From: Octopus bimaculoides
Lineage: Eukaryota
NCBI RefSeq assembly: GCF_001194135.2
Contig: NC_068999.1
Location: forward strand, 25,871,810-25,917,570
Direction of reading: 5' to 3'
Length of the DNA stretch: 45,761 bases
In this document: positions 22,494 to 34,992 of the stretch, piece after piece
Layout: the number at the start of each line of letters is the position of its first letter
Numbering within the stretch: the first letter of the stretch is position 1
The notes under the pieces: model-generated
Seen by the model: the letters and a program-made list of their open reading frames with translations, nothing else
Told to the model about the DNA's origin: nothing
The model's database searches: none
Program-made: the position numbers and the translations under genes

Positions 22494-23716
22494 AATATAC
22501 TGGACTCATGACTTATTGAAAAATAATTAAAACATGAGAAATGTCTTTACCATAAAACATATAGAAGAGTGAATAACTTACACACACTCATTGACATGTG
22601 ACTCAGCTAAAATAAGAAACATGTGATACTGGTTAACACACAATATGTTACATCTGTTACAGAAGTAAGCTAGTCTTTGCCTTGAGCCACTCAATCACAA
22701 ATAACAACTAACTGATACAATGATGGAAGAAAAATGATGATATCAAAGATAATTAAAATATGATCACAAACTGTTTCAAACTATACAACTACATTGTCTT
22801 GCACATGCCTATACACATGCTCTATCCTCTTTCATGTCATGGACATGCATGGATAAATAAGCACAAAATATCATTTTATCACCTGACCAGACATTCACAT
22901 ATGCACCAAAATATGTACGACAACAGACTCTATAGCCACAAATCATTATAGTAGACTACAGTATAGTATATTTGTTACTTAAAGTGCTTTGATGTACTGA
23001 CTGGATTTTTCAGCCTTAGATTACAAGCAAAGATATTTTCAGATAAGTTAAAATCAATATATCTTAGTAAAAAAACAATATTTTTAGCAGTTAAATTATC
23101 TATATTTCCATGCCTACTTTTCATCTATTATTTCTAATTTGGGATTTAACCTGCAATTTTAGAACTGCTTGTGTAAAAGTTTTATTTTTTCAATGATATT
23201 AATAATAATATTAGCTAAAGTTTCTCAGCTTAGATATAACTATTATAACTATTGCTTTAACTACTTCTAATCTTTGTAGAATCTTTAGACTTGCTCCATT
23301 TATTATAAATAATATCCTGATTGACAATAGCAAATCACTATTAATAAAAAAAAGAGCACTATTATTCATATTCACATTTCCAATAAATTAGACATGTATT
23401 CTAAGTGTTAATATCATCTTCTATATTTCATTCTACATTGGGTTTAAAATGGTATATTCTCCAATCATTCTCCCCTGTCTCTTTCTCTCACTCTGTGCGT
23501 GTGCGTGCATGAGGACAGAGAGGGAGAAAGAAAGAAAACCCAGTATAGAATGAAATATGGAAGATGTTATTAATACTTAGAATACATGCAACTCAGCAAC
23601 TATATTTTAGTGTTTCAGCTACAGAATACTCCCAAAGCATCAAAAACCTATGTTAAAAATACATTTTCAATATAATTCTTGCTAAAGGATAGGTATATGT
23701 ATATATATATATAAAC

Positions 23717-23770
<54 letters not shown>

Positions 23771-23816
23771 TATATGTATGTGTGCAGATATATATATATA
23801 TATATGTTATATATGT

Positions 23817-24630
23817 CATCATCATTTAACATCTGTTGTCCATAGTGGCATGGGTTGGATGCTTTGACCAGAGCTGGTAAGCTGAAGGGCTGCACCAGAC
23901 TCCAGTCTGATTTGGCATGGTTTCTACAGCTGGATGCCCCTCCTAATGCCAACCACTCCGAGAGTGTAATGGGTGCTTTTACATGCCACTGGCACAGATT
24001 CCAGTTGCTTGACACTAGTATCTGCCACAGCTATGATTTCACTTGGCTTGAGGGGTCTACTTCTCAAGCATGGCATATTGCCAAAGGTCCCTGTTATTTG
24101 TCATTTTCTCTGTGAGGCCCAATGCATGAAAGGTGCTTTTCATATGCCTCCAGCATGGGTGACAGTAACATGACACCGGCATCCGACATGACTACGATTT
24201 CACTTGGCTTGATGGGTTTTCTCAAGCACGGCATATAGCCAAAGGTCTGTCATTAGTCATTGCCTCCGTGAAGCACAACATTTGAAGATCATGCTTTACC
24301 ACCTTGTCCCATGTCTTCCTGGGTCTACCTCTTCTACAGGTTCCCTCCACAGTTAGAGATCAGCATTTCCTTACACAACTATCCTTGCCCATATGATCAC
24401 GTGACCATACCAGCACAGTCATTTCTCTTGCACACCACATCTGCTGCCTCTTATAACCAACTTTTCTCTCAAGACACTTACACTCTGTTGTATTTACACA
24501 CTGACATTGTACATCCAGTGAAGCATGCTAGCTTCATTTTTTCAAGCCTACACATGTCCTCAGCAGTCATGGCCCATGTTTCACTGCCATGTAGCATAGA
24601 TGTTTGCACACAAGCATCACATAGTCTGCC
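23817..24630 (-). mobile_element. RTE LINE 3' fragment (RT C-terminus, 3' UTR, (GAT)n tail)
   Basis: ORF 24478-24717 contains GRLCDACVQTSMLHGSETWAMTAEDM. The 3' end catcatcatttaacatctgttgtcc lies at 23817. Confidence 0.88.
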
Positions 24631-24639
24631 AATATGTGT

Positions 24640-24690
<51 letters not shown>

Positions 24691-25154
24691 TGTTTTTACA
24701 GCTGGATGGCCTTCCAAATGCCAACGACTTTACAGTGTGGACTGGATGCTTTTTATGTGGCATCAGCACTGGCAGGCTCACCAAGCAACTTGCAAGACAA
24801 GGAATTATGAAAGGGGTAGGAGCATTTGAAGAGAGGAATACATATCAGAGGATGAAAGGTTAGAGGGTGACAAAGAGACAGAAAGGCAGAAACAGGTGTC
24901 TTGCTATAGTAGACAGGGCATTGGACAAGCTGATCCAGTATCAGATGATGAAAGGTTTGAGTGTGAGAGAAATAGGGAGGCAAAAATAGGTGTGCTGTTG
25001 TAAAGGAGATACGTGGCTACCCAGAGTAGGAAACAGCAAAAGTATAAGAGAGAGCGGGAGAGAAATGGTGACATGCCAGAGTATACTCACAAGTAACAAG
25101 GATCAGAGCATAGATGTGATGGTAGAGTAAAGAAAAGAGAGGTATGAAGGTCTT

Positions 25155-26716
25155 ATCATCATCATCATCATCGTTTAACGTCCACTTTCCATTCTAGCAT
25201 GGGTTGGATGATTTGACTGAAGACTGGCGAACCGGATGGCTGCACCAGGCTCCAATCTGATCTGGCAGAGTTTCTACAGCTGGAAGCCCTTCCTAACACC
25301 AACCACTCCGAGAGTGTGGTGGGTGCTTTTACATGCCACTGGCATGAGGGCCAGTGAGGCAGTACTGGCAACGACCTCATTCGAATGATTTCTAACATGC
25401 CACCAGCACAAGTGCCAGTAAGGCGACGCTGGTAATGATCACGCTCAAATGGTGCTATTTANNNNNNNNNNNNNNNNNNNNNNNNNNNNNNNNNNNNNNN
25501 NNNNNNNNNNNNNNNNNNNNNNNNNNNNNNNNNNNNNNNNNNNNNNNNNNNNNNNNNNNNNNNNNNNNNNNNNNNNNNNNNNNNNNNNNNNNNNNNNNNN
25601 NNNNNNNNNNNNNNNNNNNNNNNNNNNNNNNNNNNNNNNNNNNNNNNNNNNNNNNNNNNNNNNNNNNNNNNNNNNNNNNNNNNNNNNNNNNNNNNNNNNN
25701 NNNNNNNNNNNNNNNNNNNNNNNNNNNNNNNNNNNNNNNNNNNNNNNNNNNNNNNNNNNNNNNNNNNNNNNNNNNNNNNNNNNNNNNNNNNNNNNNNNNN
25801 NNNNNNNNNNNNTTTCGATTTCAATTTCACTTGCCTCAACAGGTCTTCGCAAGCAGAGTTTAGTGTCCAGTTAAGGAGAGGTTGGCATGGGTGCCAGTCA
25901 TCGAATTTGGTTCGATTTCGATTTCAATTTCACTTGCCTCAACAGGTCTTCGCAAGCAGAGTTTAGTGTCCAATGAAGTAAAGATACGAATAAGTGAGCT
26001 GGCTACACCCCTGACAGAGGCCACGGATTATGGTCTCACTTGGCTTGCCGGGTCTTCTCACACACTGCATATTTCCAAAGGTCTCGGTCAAAAGTCATTG
26101 CCTTGGTGAGGCCTAATGTTCGAAGGTTGTTCTTCACCACCTCATCCCAGGTCTCCCTGGGTCTGCATCTTTCATAGGTTCCCTCAATCGCTAGGGTGTA
26201 GCACTTTTTCACACAGCTATCCTCATCCATTCTTGCCACATGGCCATACCTGCGCAATCGTCTCTCTGGCACACCGCAACTGATGCTTCTTAGGTCCAAC
26301 TTTTCTCTCAAGGTACTTACACTCTGTCGAGTATGCACACTGACATTCCACATCCATCGAAGCATACTGGCTTCGTTTCTTGCAAGCTTACGCATGTCCT
26401 CAGCAGTCACGGTCTATGTTTCACTGCCATGTAGCATGGCTGTTTGTACACATGCGTCATACAGTCTGCCTTTTACTCTGAGAGGCCTTTTGTCACCAGC
26501 AGAGGTAAGAGCTCTCTGAACTTTGCCCAGGCTACTCTTATTCTAGCAGCTAGACTTTAAGCACACCCTCCCACACTACTAACTTGGTCACCTAGGTAAC
26601 GGAAGCTATCAACTACTTCTAGTTTTTCTCCCTGGAATGTGGCAAAGGTTGTTTTCTGCACATTTTCAGTGTTTATTGCTCCTGAGCATCTGCCACATGC
26701 AAAAACTATCTTGCTA
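25155..26716 (-). mobile_element. RTE LINE 3' fragment, relatively well preserved, interrupted by gaps
   Basis: IVFACGRCSGAIN...EKLEVVDSFRYLGDQVS (Cys motif plus YLG), ORF 26036-26410 (RRLRRYGHVARMDE...RPRETWDEVV), then 3' UTR and (cat)n tail at 25155. Confidence 0.92.
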
Positions 26717-27367
26717 NNNNNNNNNNNNNNNNNNNNNNNNNNNNNNNNNNNNNNNNNNNNNNNNNNNNNNNNNNNNNNNNNNNNNNNNNNNNNNNNNNNN
26801 NNNNNNNNNNNNNNNNNNNNNNNNNNNNNNNNNNNNNNNNNNNNNNNNNNNNNNNNNNNNNNNNNNNNNNNNNNNNNNNNNNNNNNNNNNNNNNNNNNNN
26901 NNNNNNNNNNNNNNNNNNNNNNNNNNNNNNNNNNNNNNNNNNNNNNNNNNNNNNNNNNNNNNNNNNNNNNNNNNNNNNNNNNNNNNNNNNNNNNNNNNNN
27001 NNNNNNNNNNNNNNNNNNNNNNNNNNNNNNNNNNNNNNNNNNNNNNNNNNNNNNNNNNNNNNNNNNNNNNNNNNNNNNNNNNNNNNNNNNNNNNNNNNNN
27101 NNNNNNNNNNNNNNNNNNNNNNNNNNNNNNNNNNNNNNNNNNNNNNNNNNNNNNNNNNNNNNNNNNNNNNNNNNNNNNNNNNNNNNNNNNNNNNNNNNNN
27201 NNNNNNNNNNNNNNNNNNNNNNNNNNNNNNNNNNNNNNNNNNNNNNNNNNNNNNNNNNNNNNNNNNNNNNNNNNNNNNNNNNNNNNNNNNNNNNNNNNNN
27301 NNNNNNNNNNNNNNNNNNNNNNNNNNNNNNNNNNNNNNNNNNNNNNNNNNNNNNNNNNNNNNNGAAA

Positions 27368-27407
<40 letters not shown>

Positions 27408-27599
27408 TATAAAGATGCATTCCAGAAATTTTGAGGCTGTTTTTAGAAGAGGCAGTTATAGCTGTTCTACATTACTATAATTTTAGTATATCATTACAAT
27501 ACATGTAATAAGCTGACCTATCAATTTTTACTAGTCTAGATTGAAGGAGGCAGCTGTAACAGCACTTTGCTTATTACAGCTGACTAGTTTTCTAGTTTG

Positions 27600-28150
27600 C
27601 AGAATGCAGTCAGTATGTGAAGACAATTTGGAAGCTTACTATGCAATAAAGTTTTGTGTTAAAGTGAGCAAAAATGCTACAGCAACTCATGAAATGCCCC
27701 AGACAGCTAATGGATTAACTTGTATGCATCAAGCATTTGTTTTTTGCTGACACAAGAGGCCAAGCAAAACAAGTCCACTGAGAAGCTCATGGCGATCCCC
27801 CTTTTCAAAAGCAATTGCATTATCTACATTCACTGGGGTTCCCTCTGGCCAATAAAGAGTACTTTATGGAAGTTCTGAGGGAGTTCAGGAAGAGAATTTC
27901 ATTGCTAAAGACCAGAGCACATGCACCAGTCTGCAATTCCATCCAAATAATTGACCAAATACTTATAGAAATGGGCATCTTACTCTCTCTACAGTCCATA
28001 CCTTACTCACTGTGACTTCTGGTTGCTCCTTGAGCTGAGGTGGAAGATGAAGGGTTTCCTTTGGAGGGTTTCCATGGGGCTTTCACAGGGTCGCTGGAGC
28101 ACTACAAATGCATTGAAGTCAGGGGATCCTTTGTTGAAGAGGATTAGAGT
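27600..28150 (+). mobile_element. Decayed mariner (Mos1-like) transposase
   Basis: YAIKFCVKVSKNATATHEMPQTANG..CM..AFVFC*HKR (HTH), KSTEKLMAIPFF, NKEYFMEVLREFRKRI, APVCNS, PYS and CDFWLL are mariner motifs, with internal deletions. TIRs were not resolved. Confidence 0.85.
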
Positions 28151-28221
28151 TTTGTATGTCTTTGAAATTAATAAACATCTCTCCTGAAAAGATCTCAATT
28201 TGCATATGTATAGATGTATTC

Positions 28222-28635
<414 letters not shown>

Positions 28636-28689
28636 ATGTACATGAATGTATGTATGTATGTATATGTTGGTGTGTGTTGCTACTGCTTT

Positions 28690-28862
28690 GCCTCGACTTT
28701 GTTTCCAATCTTCTGCGAAAACATTTCTGGTCATGGGGTATATTACCTTACATGGTAACAGGTGAGGGTTGGTGAAGGAAGGGCATCTGGTTGAAGAAAA
28801 GCCATCTCAACAAATTCTATCCAACTCATGCAAGCATGGAAAAGTTAAATAATGATAATGAT
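28690..28862 (+). mobile_element. SINE 3' half with RTE-like tail
   Basis: Aligns to 3090-3260 (ttccaatcttctgcgaaaacatttctgg...ggaagggcatctgg...gcaagcatggaaaag). Confidence 0.65.
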
Positions 28863-29389
28863 TGTGTGTGTGTGTGTGTGTACACAAATACACAGATCAA
28901 TTTAATCAGTTCTGTCTTGTCCATTACCTACAAATTTGGCTGTGTTACTAGATAAAAAAGTTTTTGTATGTATGTATGTATGTATGTATGTATGTATGTA
29001 TGCATGCATGTATGTATGTGTGAAGGCACATGGCCTTCTTTTGCCCCTTTTTATTAACCCATATATATATGTATGTATGTTTGTATATATGTCTATATAT
29101 ATGTATGTTTGATTATATACATGAATGTACAAATGTTTGAAGCCACCTCCTTCTAGAATGAAAGAGCTAGTTTTTAACAAAGAAACAAAAACTCTGTCAT
29201 TGGAATTTGGATATCAATGATAATTGTTACATATCGAACATTAAGAATTTCTTGCATATTTTTACTGTTCTGCTTACAGAATGTATCTGTAAAGTTTGTG
29301 TTTGCCAGTCTCTTTCCTCACTTGAACATCCTAGCTTCTGCAGATTGAAGCTTAGACATTTACTAACATAACTGAAGTGCACCAATGAT

Positions 29390-30845
29390 TACAGATATGA
29401 ATATATATTTATAATCAGGGTAGAGGAGTTACAGGTTTCAAAGCAGTTGTCAATAGATATTCTTTTTCTTGTTTCAAATAACTCTACTAGGCCTATTATG
29501 TTTGCATGTGGTAGAAATTTTGATGAGAATATTCCATGAATATTCCTTGTGTTGCTATGTATTCTATAACAACGGTGTTGTTTCCATTTACCCCAGGGCA
29601 GTCTTTTCTGTGGTTGACTGTGTATTGTTTTAACATGATGTTTCGGAGGGAGCTGAAGGCTTGATGACATTTTTGGACAGCTGCTGATTACTTGTGTTAT
29701 CTGCTAATCAATACCTACTGTTGCATCTTGGAGAGGCTGCATTTCACGTTAATATTGTCACATTCTTCTAGTTTATGAGAAACATACCAATGCATAATTG
29801 AGGCAAGTAGCGCATTTCGCATCAAGATCATTGTTGAGATATGTAATCCCTGCATATCCAGGTTCATATAGGAGGTCCTCAGGAAGTGAATGTTTTTTAG
29901 AGTTCATTTATTTTTGCTGTTATTGTTTAGCAGATGATGTCTCAGTGATATCATATGGCACTTAAAAGCTGTCTGCACGATCTGAAGCCTTTTCCTCCCA
30001 CTTTTCTTCTGCGATAGAATCTGCTGATATTGTTGTTTCTGTGGAAATTTGCAGTCAGTGTCAGGTTTTTGTAGATTTTGATGTCTATGGAGAAGATTTC
30101 CTCTATAAATCAGTTGATTATTCCAAATGTTGGTATCAATACAGGTACTGTAAATGCATTGTGTGATATTGTATTGTTATAAGAGGAAAACTTTGACTGC
30201 AATATCTTTTTGCATCTGGCATGATATTCTTTGGTAACTCTATCCTTGTTTATAGTATAATATATTTTCATCAATACCTAGGTATTTGCAGCACTTGTTT
30301 TGTGAAACAGGGGGAAAAAGAGAAAGATACAGATCACTGATGTACATATTTAAGATTTAGGAAATAGTTTTACCCCATTCAGTAGTTAAATTTGAACATT
30401 TCTTTTGTCTAAATTCCATCCCTATATCAGCAGAAAATATTGTAATTAAATTCAGCTGTTTCTTAGTGTTGTAAGTATTTCAGATATAGACCTTTAGATT
30501 ACCCACAAAAACTTTTTGGCTAATACAAATATGCCTTGCTGTTGCTGAGCCTAGGACATGGCCTTTGGATCTTCATAGAGGAAATGCCAGTGGATTTAGG
30601 GCCAAAGTAAAACAGATGTGCCAACAGACTATCACCTTGAAATACTGAACATTAATAAAATCAGAGAAATCATTCCAATTTCAATGCAAGGTTTTATGGG
30701 CCTTTCAACAGCAGCAGCTAATGCAGCAAGTGCATTTGCCAGTGACTTCAGTTGCCATGAGCATGAACTAGCATCAGATGCCTTTCTATATTCAAACCAT
30801 ACTATCACAAGGTTCCTGCAGTGTTTTCTTACTTCAGATATTACA
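29390..30845 (-). mobile_element. Decayed R4/Dong-clade LINE (RT core, thumb, CCHC knuckle, RLE start)
   Basis: Fragments NLVIVWFEYRKASD, IFQGDSL..LF.LALNPL, FVGNLKVY (decayed FVDDLKLY), KYLGIDEN, RFYRRRKVGG.G, VISSCPKMSS and HNRP occur in the expected order. Confidence 0.85.
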
Positions 30846-30853
30846 GAAAAATA

Positions 30854-30900
<47 letters not shown>

Positions 30901-31674
30901 TATGGATGGATAGATAGATGGTTGTGTGTATGTATGAATGTATGGATGGATGGATGTGTGTGTGTGCATGTATGTGTGTATATATATATATATATGTGTG
31001 TATTTACATGCATGTATGTGCGTGCTTTTATATGTATGAGTGTTTGTATGTGTCCAAGCATTCATATGAATGTATGTACATCTACAGGTATGTATCTATG
31101 TATACAGGTATGTATTTTATTCTTTTATTCTTTTATCAGTTTCAGCTCAAAGCTGCAGCCATGCTGGGGCACTGCCATTATTTGATGAAATAAATCTAAT
31201 AAAAGCATGTCAGTTTAAAACATACATACATGTTATATTGGAGATGTGTTAAGCATGAACTGTATAACAAGATATAAGAAGTTGCTGATTGCCTGAAAGC
31301 TGACATGTAGAACAATGAAAATTTGAAATGAGAGAATTTACATTAATCTAAGAGAATTTGGAGTAGGTGGAGAGAAAGAAAAGACTAAAGAACAAAAAGA
31401 TTTGAGTTGCATTTTTCATAGGAGTTCTTGGTACTAAAAATATATAGCTAATCTAAATTGAATAATTTCCAAAAATTTTTGTTTTACAACAGAAATTACA
31501 ACCTAATTATTAATTAAATTTCATTTAATTTGGAGAGGTATTACTTATTTTAACAAGTCACATGGCCAGATCAAGATAAAATTAATTAAATCAATTTCAG
31601 TGACACATAAAGTTTAACAAAGTCAAGTAATTTCCATCATGAGTTATTCAGTAACATACCAAACTATACGAAAC

Positions 31675-31842
31675 AAAATAAAGTACCAGTCAAGTACTGG
31701 AGTTGATGGTATCAACTAACCCTCTCCTCTCAAACATTTTATCAACCTTTCAGGGTTGATAAAATAAGTACTAGTTAAGCACTGGGGGTGATGTAGTCAA
31801 TTAACCCCCAAAATTTCAGGCTTTGTGCCTATAGTAGAAAGG

Positions 31843-31904
<62 letters not shown>

Positions 31905-32435
31905 TATTATCATTATATAAGGCAGTGAGCTGGCAGAATCATTAGCATGCTGGGCAAAATGCTGAGCAGCTTTCCATCTGTCTTTACATTCTGAGATCAA
32001 ATTCCACTGAGGTTGATTTTGCCTTTCATGCTTTCAGGGTTGATAAAATAAGTACCAGCTGAGCACCGGGGTTGATGAAATCAACTCACCCACTACTTAA
32101 ATTGCTGGCCTTGTGCAAACATTTGCAAAAAATTTATTATTATTATTATTTTTGGTGGTGGTGGTGGTAGTAGTAGTAGTAGTAGTGTTTTTGTTGTTGT
32201 GAAAAGCTGGCAAGATCATAAGCACATCAGGACAAAAATGCTTAGTGGCATTTATTCCACATCTTTATGTTCTAAGTTCAAATACCACCAGAGTCAACTT
32301 TGCCTTCCATTCTTTCAGGGTTGATAAATTAAAAGTTTCAGTCAAAGACTGGGGTTGATGTTTTAACAACTAATTCCTTTTCCTCAATATTACAGGCCTT
32401 GTGCTAAAGTTCAAAATAGCTATTATTATTATCAT
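31675..32435 (+). mobile_element. Cluster of four tandem SINE family A units separated by (AAT)n/(GTA)n
   Basis: Fragments at ~31675-31735 and 31748-31900; fuller copies at 31919-32150 and ~32203-32435. Confidence 0.85.
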
Positions 32436-32720
32436 TGATGTTGTTATTGTTATTATTATATTTTATTGTTATTAGATAATTATTTTTAACAATAAAACTG
32501 TAAATATAATATCCTCAGAAAATAATCAATAAGTAAAATAAAGAATTCAAAATTATCTCTGCTATTTTCTTTAGCTTTATATCTTATTTCTTCCCACTTT
32601 CTCTTTCTGATACACATTAGATTTTTAGCATGAAACAAAAGAAAGACTACAGTATGCAAATAAACAAATGAACAAACAAATGAATGGAGATAATAAGCAC
32701 ATACACTAGAGAAATCTCAC

Positions 32721-32791
32721 CGTTTGATAACTACTTTTTTGGTATTAATTTCCTTAACTTCCCCTCCTTGACCTGTCTTCCAGAAATCTTC
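32721..32791 (-). CDS. Internal coding exon, probably N-terminal part of the AIF1-like protein
   Basis: Acceptor tctttttacttctcag and donor gtgaga bound 71 nt, open in phase 0, giving EDFWKTGQGGEVKEINTKKVVIK(R). This resembles my recollection of N-terminally extended invertebrate AIF1-like proteins (DFWKVGE.G...INPNKKV.KKW). Linkage to the 4007 exon is inferred. Confidence 0.65.
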
Positions 32792-33654
32792 CTGAGAAGT
32801 AAAAAGATTCTACAGAGAGCAATTGCTAGTAGAACCAGGCTGAAGTATGTTCACATTAGCATTATACATGTTGCAAGTATGAAAGTATGGCAGATTAAAT
32901 CATTTCGCTCCAAAACATTCTGAATTATTAACCAATAGAGCCATTTAATATGAAACCAATTGATTTTTTTTCAAAGAAACACAAAAGATAAATAATAAGA
33001 TTTTCAGGAATATTTTTTTAATAATGTATAAAATGTCACTAATTAGTTGCAGATTACATCATATATGATTCATAGACATATTGAAATTACCAACATAAAT
33101 ACAGATAAATGCTTAAATATATTTTGAAAATAGTACTTCATGACTGAAGAATGTATACTAAACTCTGAATTTAAATGTTTCATGTTTGAATTTTTCTTGA
33201 GGTTGATTTCATATTTTGTACAATTGCATCTACAGCAGTAAGTTTTAAATAAGTTAGATATAGGGGTAATGCTAGCCTAACTTCTGGCCAGAATTCCAAG
33301 AATGTGCTTCTTCTACAGCTTATAAGGTTAATGTCTCCAATAAAATCCACCAATATTTGCCAAGAGTTTTTAATGAAAGGATGTTTCTAGATCAACGGAT
33401 GTCACATAATAATTTTTTTTTTACCAGACATAAAACACATTTTGCAGGAGACATTATAGTTGATGGATAATGTTACAGACAGATATTTTATTCATCCCAG
33501 AGGATAGAACACAAAGTTGATATGAGTGAGATTTGAAATCAGAAGTACCAAATGAAATACAGCAATATCTCATATCTAACATTCAATCATCTTAAGTCTC
33601 TTCAGGACTCTTGATGATAATATTTTAACCACTATATACCTCATATGTCCTTAC

Positions 33655-34077
33655 CAGTGCTGGATTAACCATTAAGCAAAATAAGTACATGCTTGGGGAA
33701 TCAAAGGAAGTGGTGCACCACAGGAATGGTAAATGGTTTACAGCACAAGAAAAAAAAAAATCACTTGTTAAAATAATATTTGAAGTAGCTTATATGATTG
33801 GAAATATAATTATCAGATGTGTTATGTAAGATTAATTTTGAGGATCTGATCAAAGACTTTGCAATTAAAAAAAGGGAGGAGAAAACTTTTCAAATACAAA
33901 CAAAGTGGAAGTATACAAAAATAAACATTATTTTCCATCTTACTTTTTTGCTTCGTTTTGAAAAATAAAAATTTATTTTATGGTTTATTATTGTTTGTAT
34001 TTTGAATTACATAAATATAAAGGGGCACCAAAATCTTTTAAGTGCTTAGGGTCTTTATGGGTCTTAATCTAGCCTAG
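33655..34077. mobile_element. hAT-like non-autonomous element (degenerate TIRs)
   Basis: cagtgctggattaa ... ttaatctagcctag, with subterminal ggtgcacca/ggggcacca motifs. TSD not seen. Confidence 0.45.
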
Positions 34078-34129
34078 TTAAACCCCACTGGGCAGCAAAC
34101 AAATTTGAACAAAAATTAAATATAAGTCA

Positions 34130-34819
34130 CCGTATATATTCAACTATATGTCGCACTCTTTTTCTTTCAAATTTTTACCTAAAGTTGGGGGTGCAACTTA
34201 TAAGCACATCCTATAAAAAAGATCTTCTGATATTTTCTAGGTACAAGCCACATGTGAAGTTCCAACACTTGAAATAACTGAAAAAACCCAAATTGCTAAT
34301 TCCAAAAAGTACACGGAAGAAAATCTTTAGACGTTTCTTTACTTCTATTATTTGGTGAAAGTGATGATGTATTCTTCTGATTTTTGTCACAATGTTTCAT
34401 ACACTTCCTTACAATTTAAAACAGTTTATTGTATTTTTTCTTTCCAATCATAGCACGTATGACTGAAAAAGTGTCCTAGTAATGAAAGGCATAAATCAAA
34501 AAGTAAAGGGAAAGTATCGAGGTAATTAAGTCTCAATATGATAAACAAGTTAACTAGTGTTATCAAGGATAACATTTTACATTATAAACAATGGTTTCTA
34601 AAATGCATGGATTTAATAGGATAACAGTTGTTGTGAGTCTGAAAGCTCAGTTATTGAACCAAAACTATGTCTGTGTGATTCCTAATCGAACTTTGCACTC
34701 TAACATCAAAACGGTCGCTGCGACTTATAGTCAGGTCAATAATAAAATTCTCAATTTGAACCTTGTAAGTTGGGGGTACATCTTATAGACAAGGGTGCTT
34801 TATAGTTGAGTATATACAG
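34130..34819. mobile_element. pogo/Tigger-type non-autonomous DNA element
   Basis: ccgtatatattcaactata ... tatagttgagtatatacag-TA TIRs, with subterminal aagttgggggt at both ends. Confidence 0.75.
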
Positions 34820-34992
34820 TAAGTAGTTGAATAAAAAGGGAGACATTACTATATAGATATATTATAGCAAAAGACAATACAGGCTACTGTACACAACATC
34901 ATTAGTAACAGCTGTAGTTCTTAGAAGCCATAGCTATGGTTAAATATAAACAAGATAAGATTTACATGAAATAAAGGAATATCAATTTGTGC

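Noticed and set aside
296-26660. Inverted RTE copies 26 kb apart as ends of one large composite transposon
   Set aside because: Both are internal LINE fragments of an abundant family with different boundaries and no shared TSD.
956-27434. Long ORFs in the track (up to 337 aa) at 1-2 kb, 10.6-11.7 kb, 25.4-25.9 kb and 26.6-27.4 kb
   Set aside because: They are open only because they run through N gaps.
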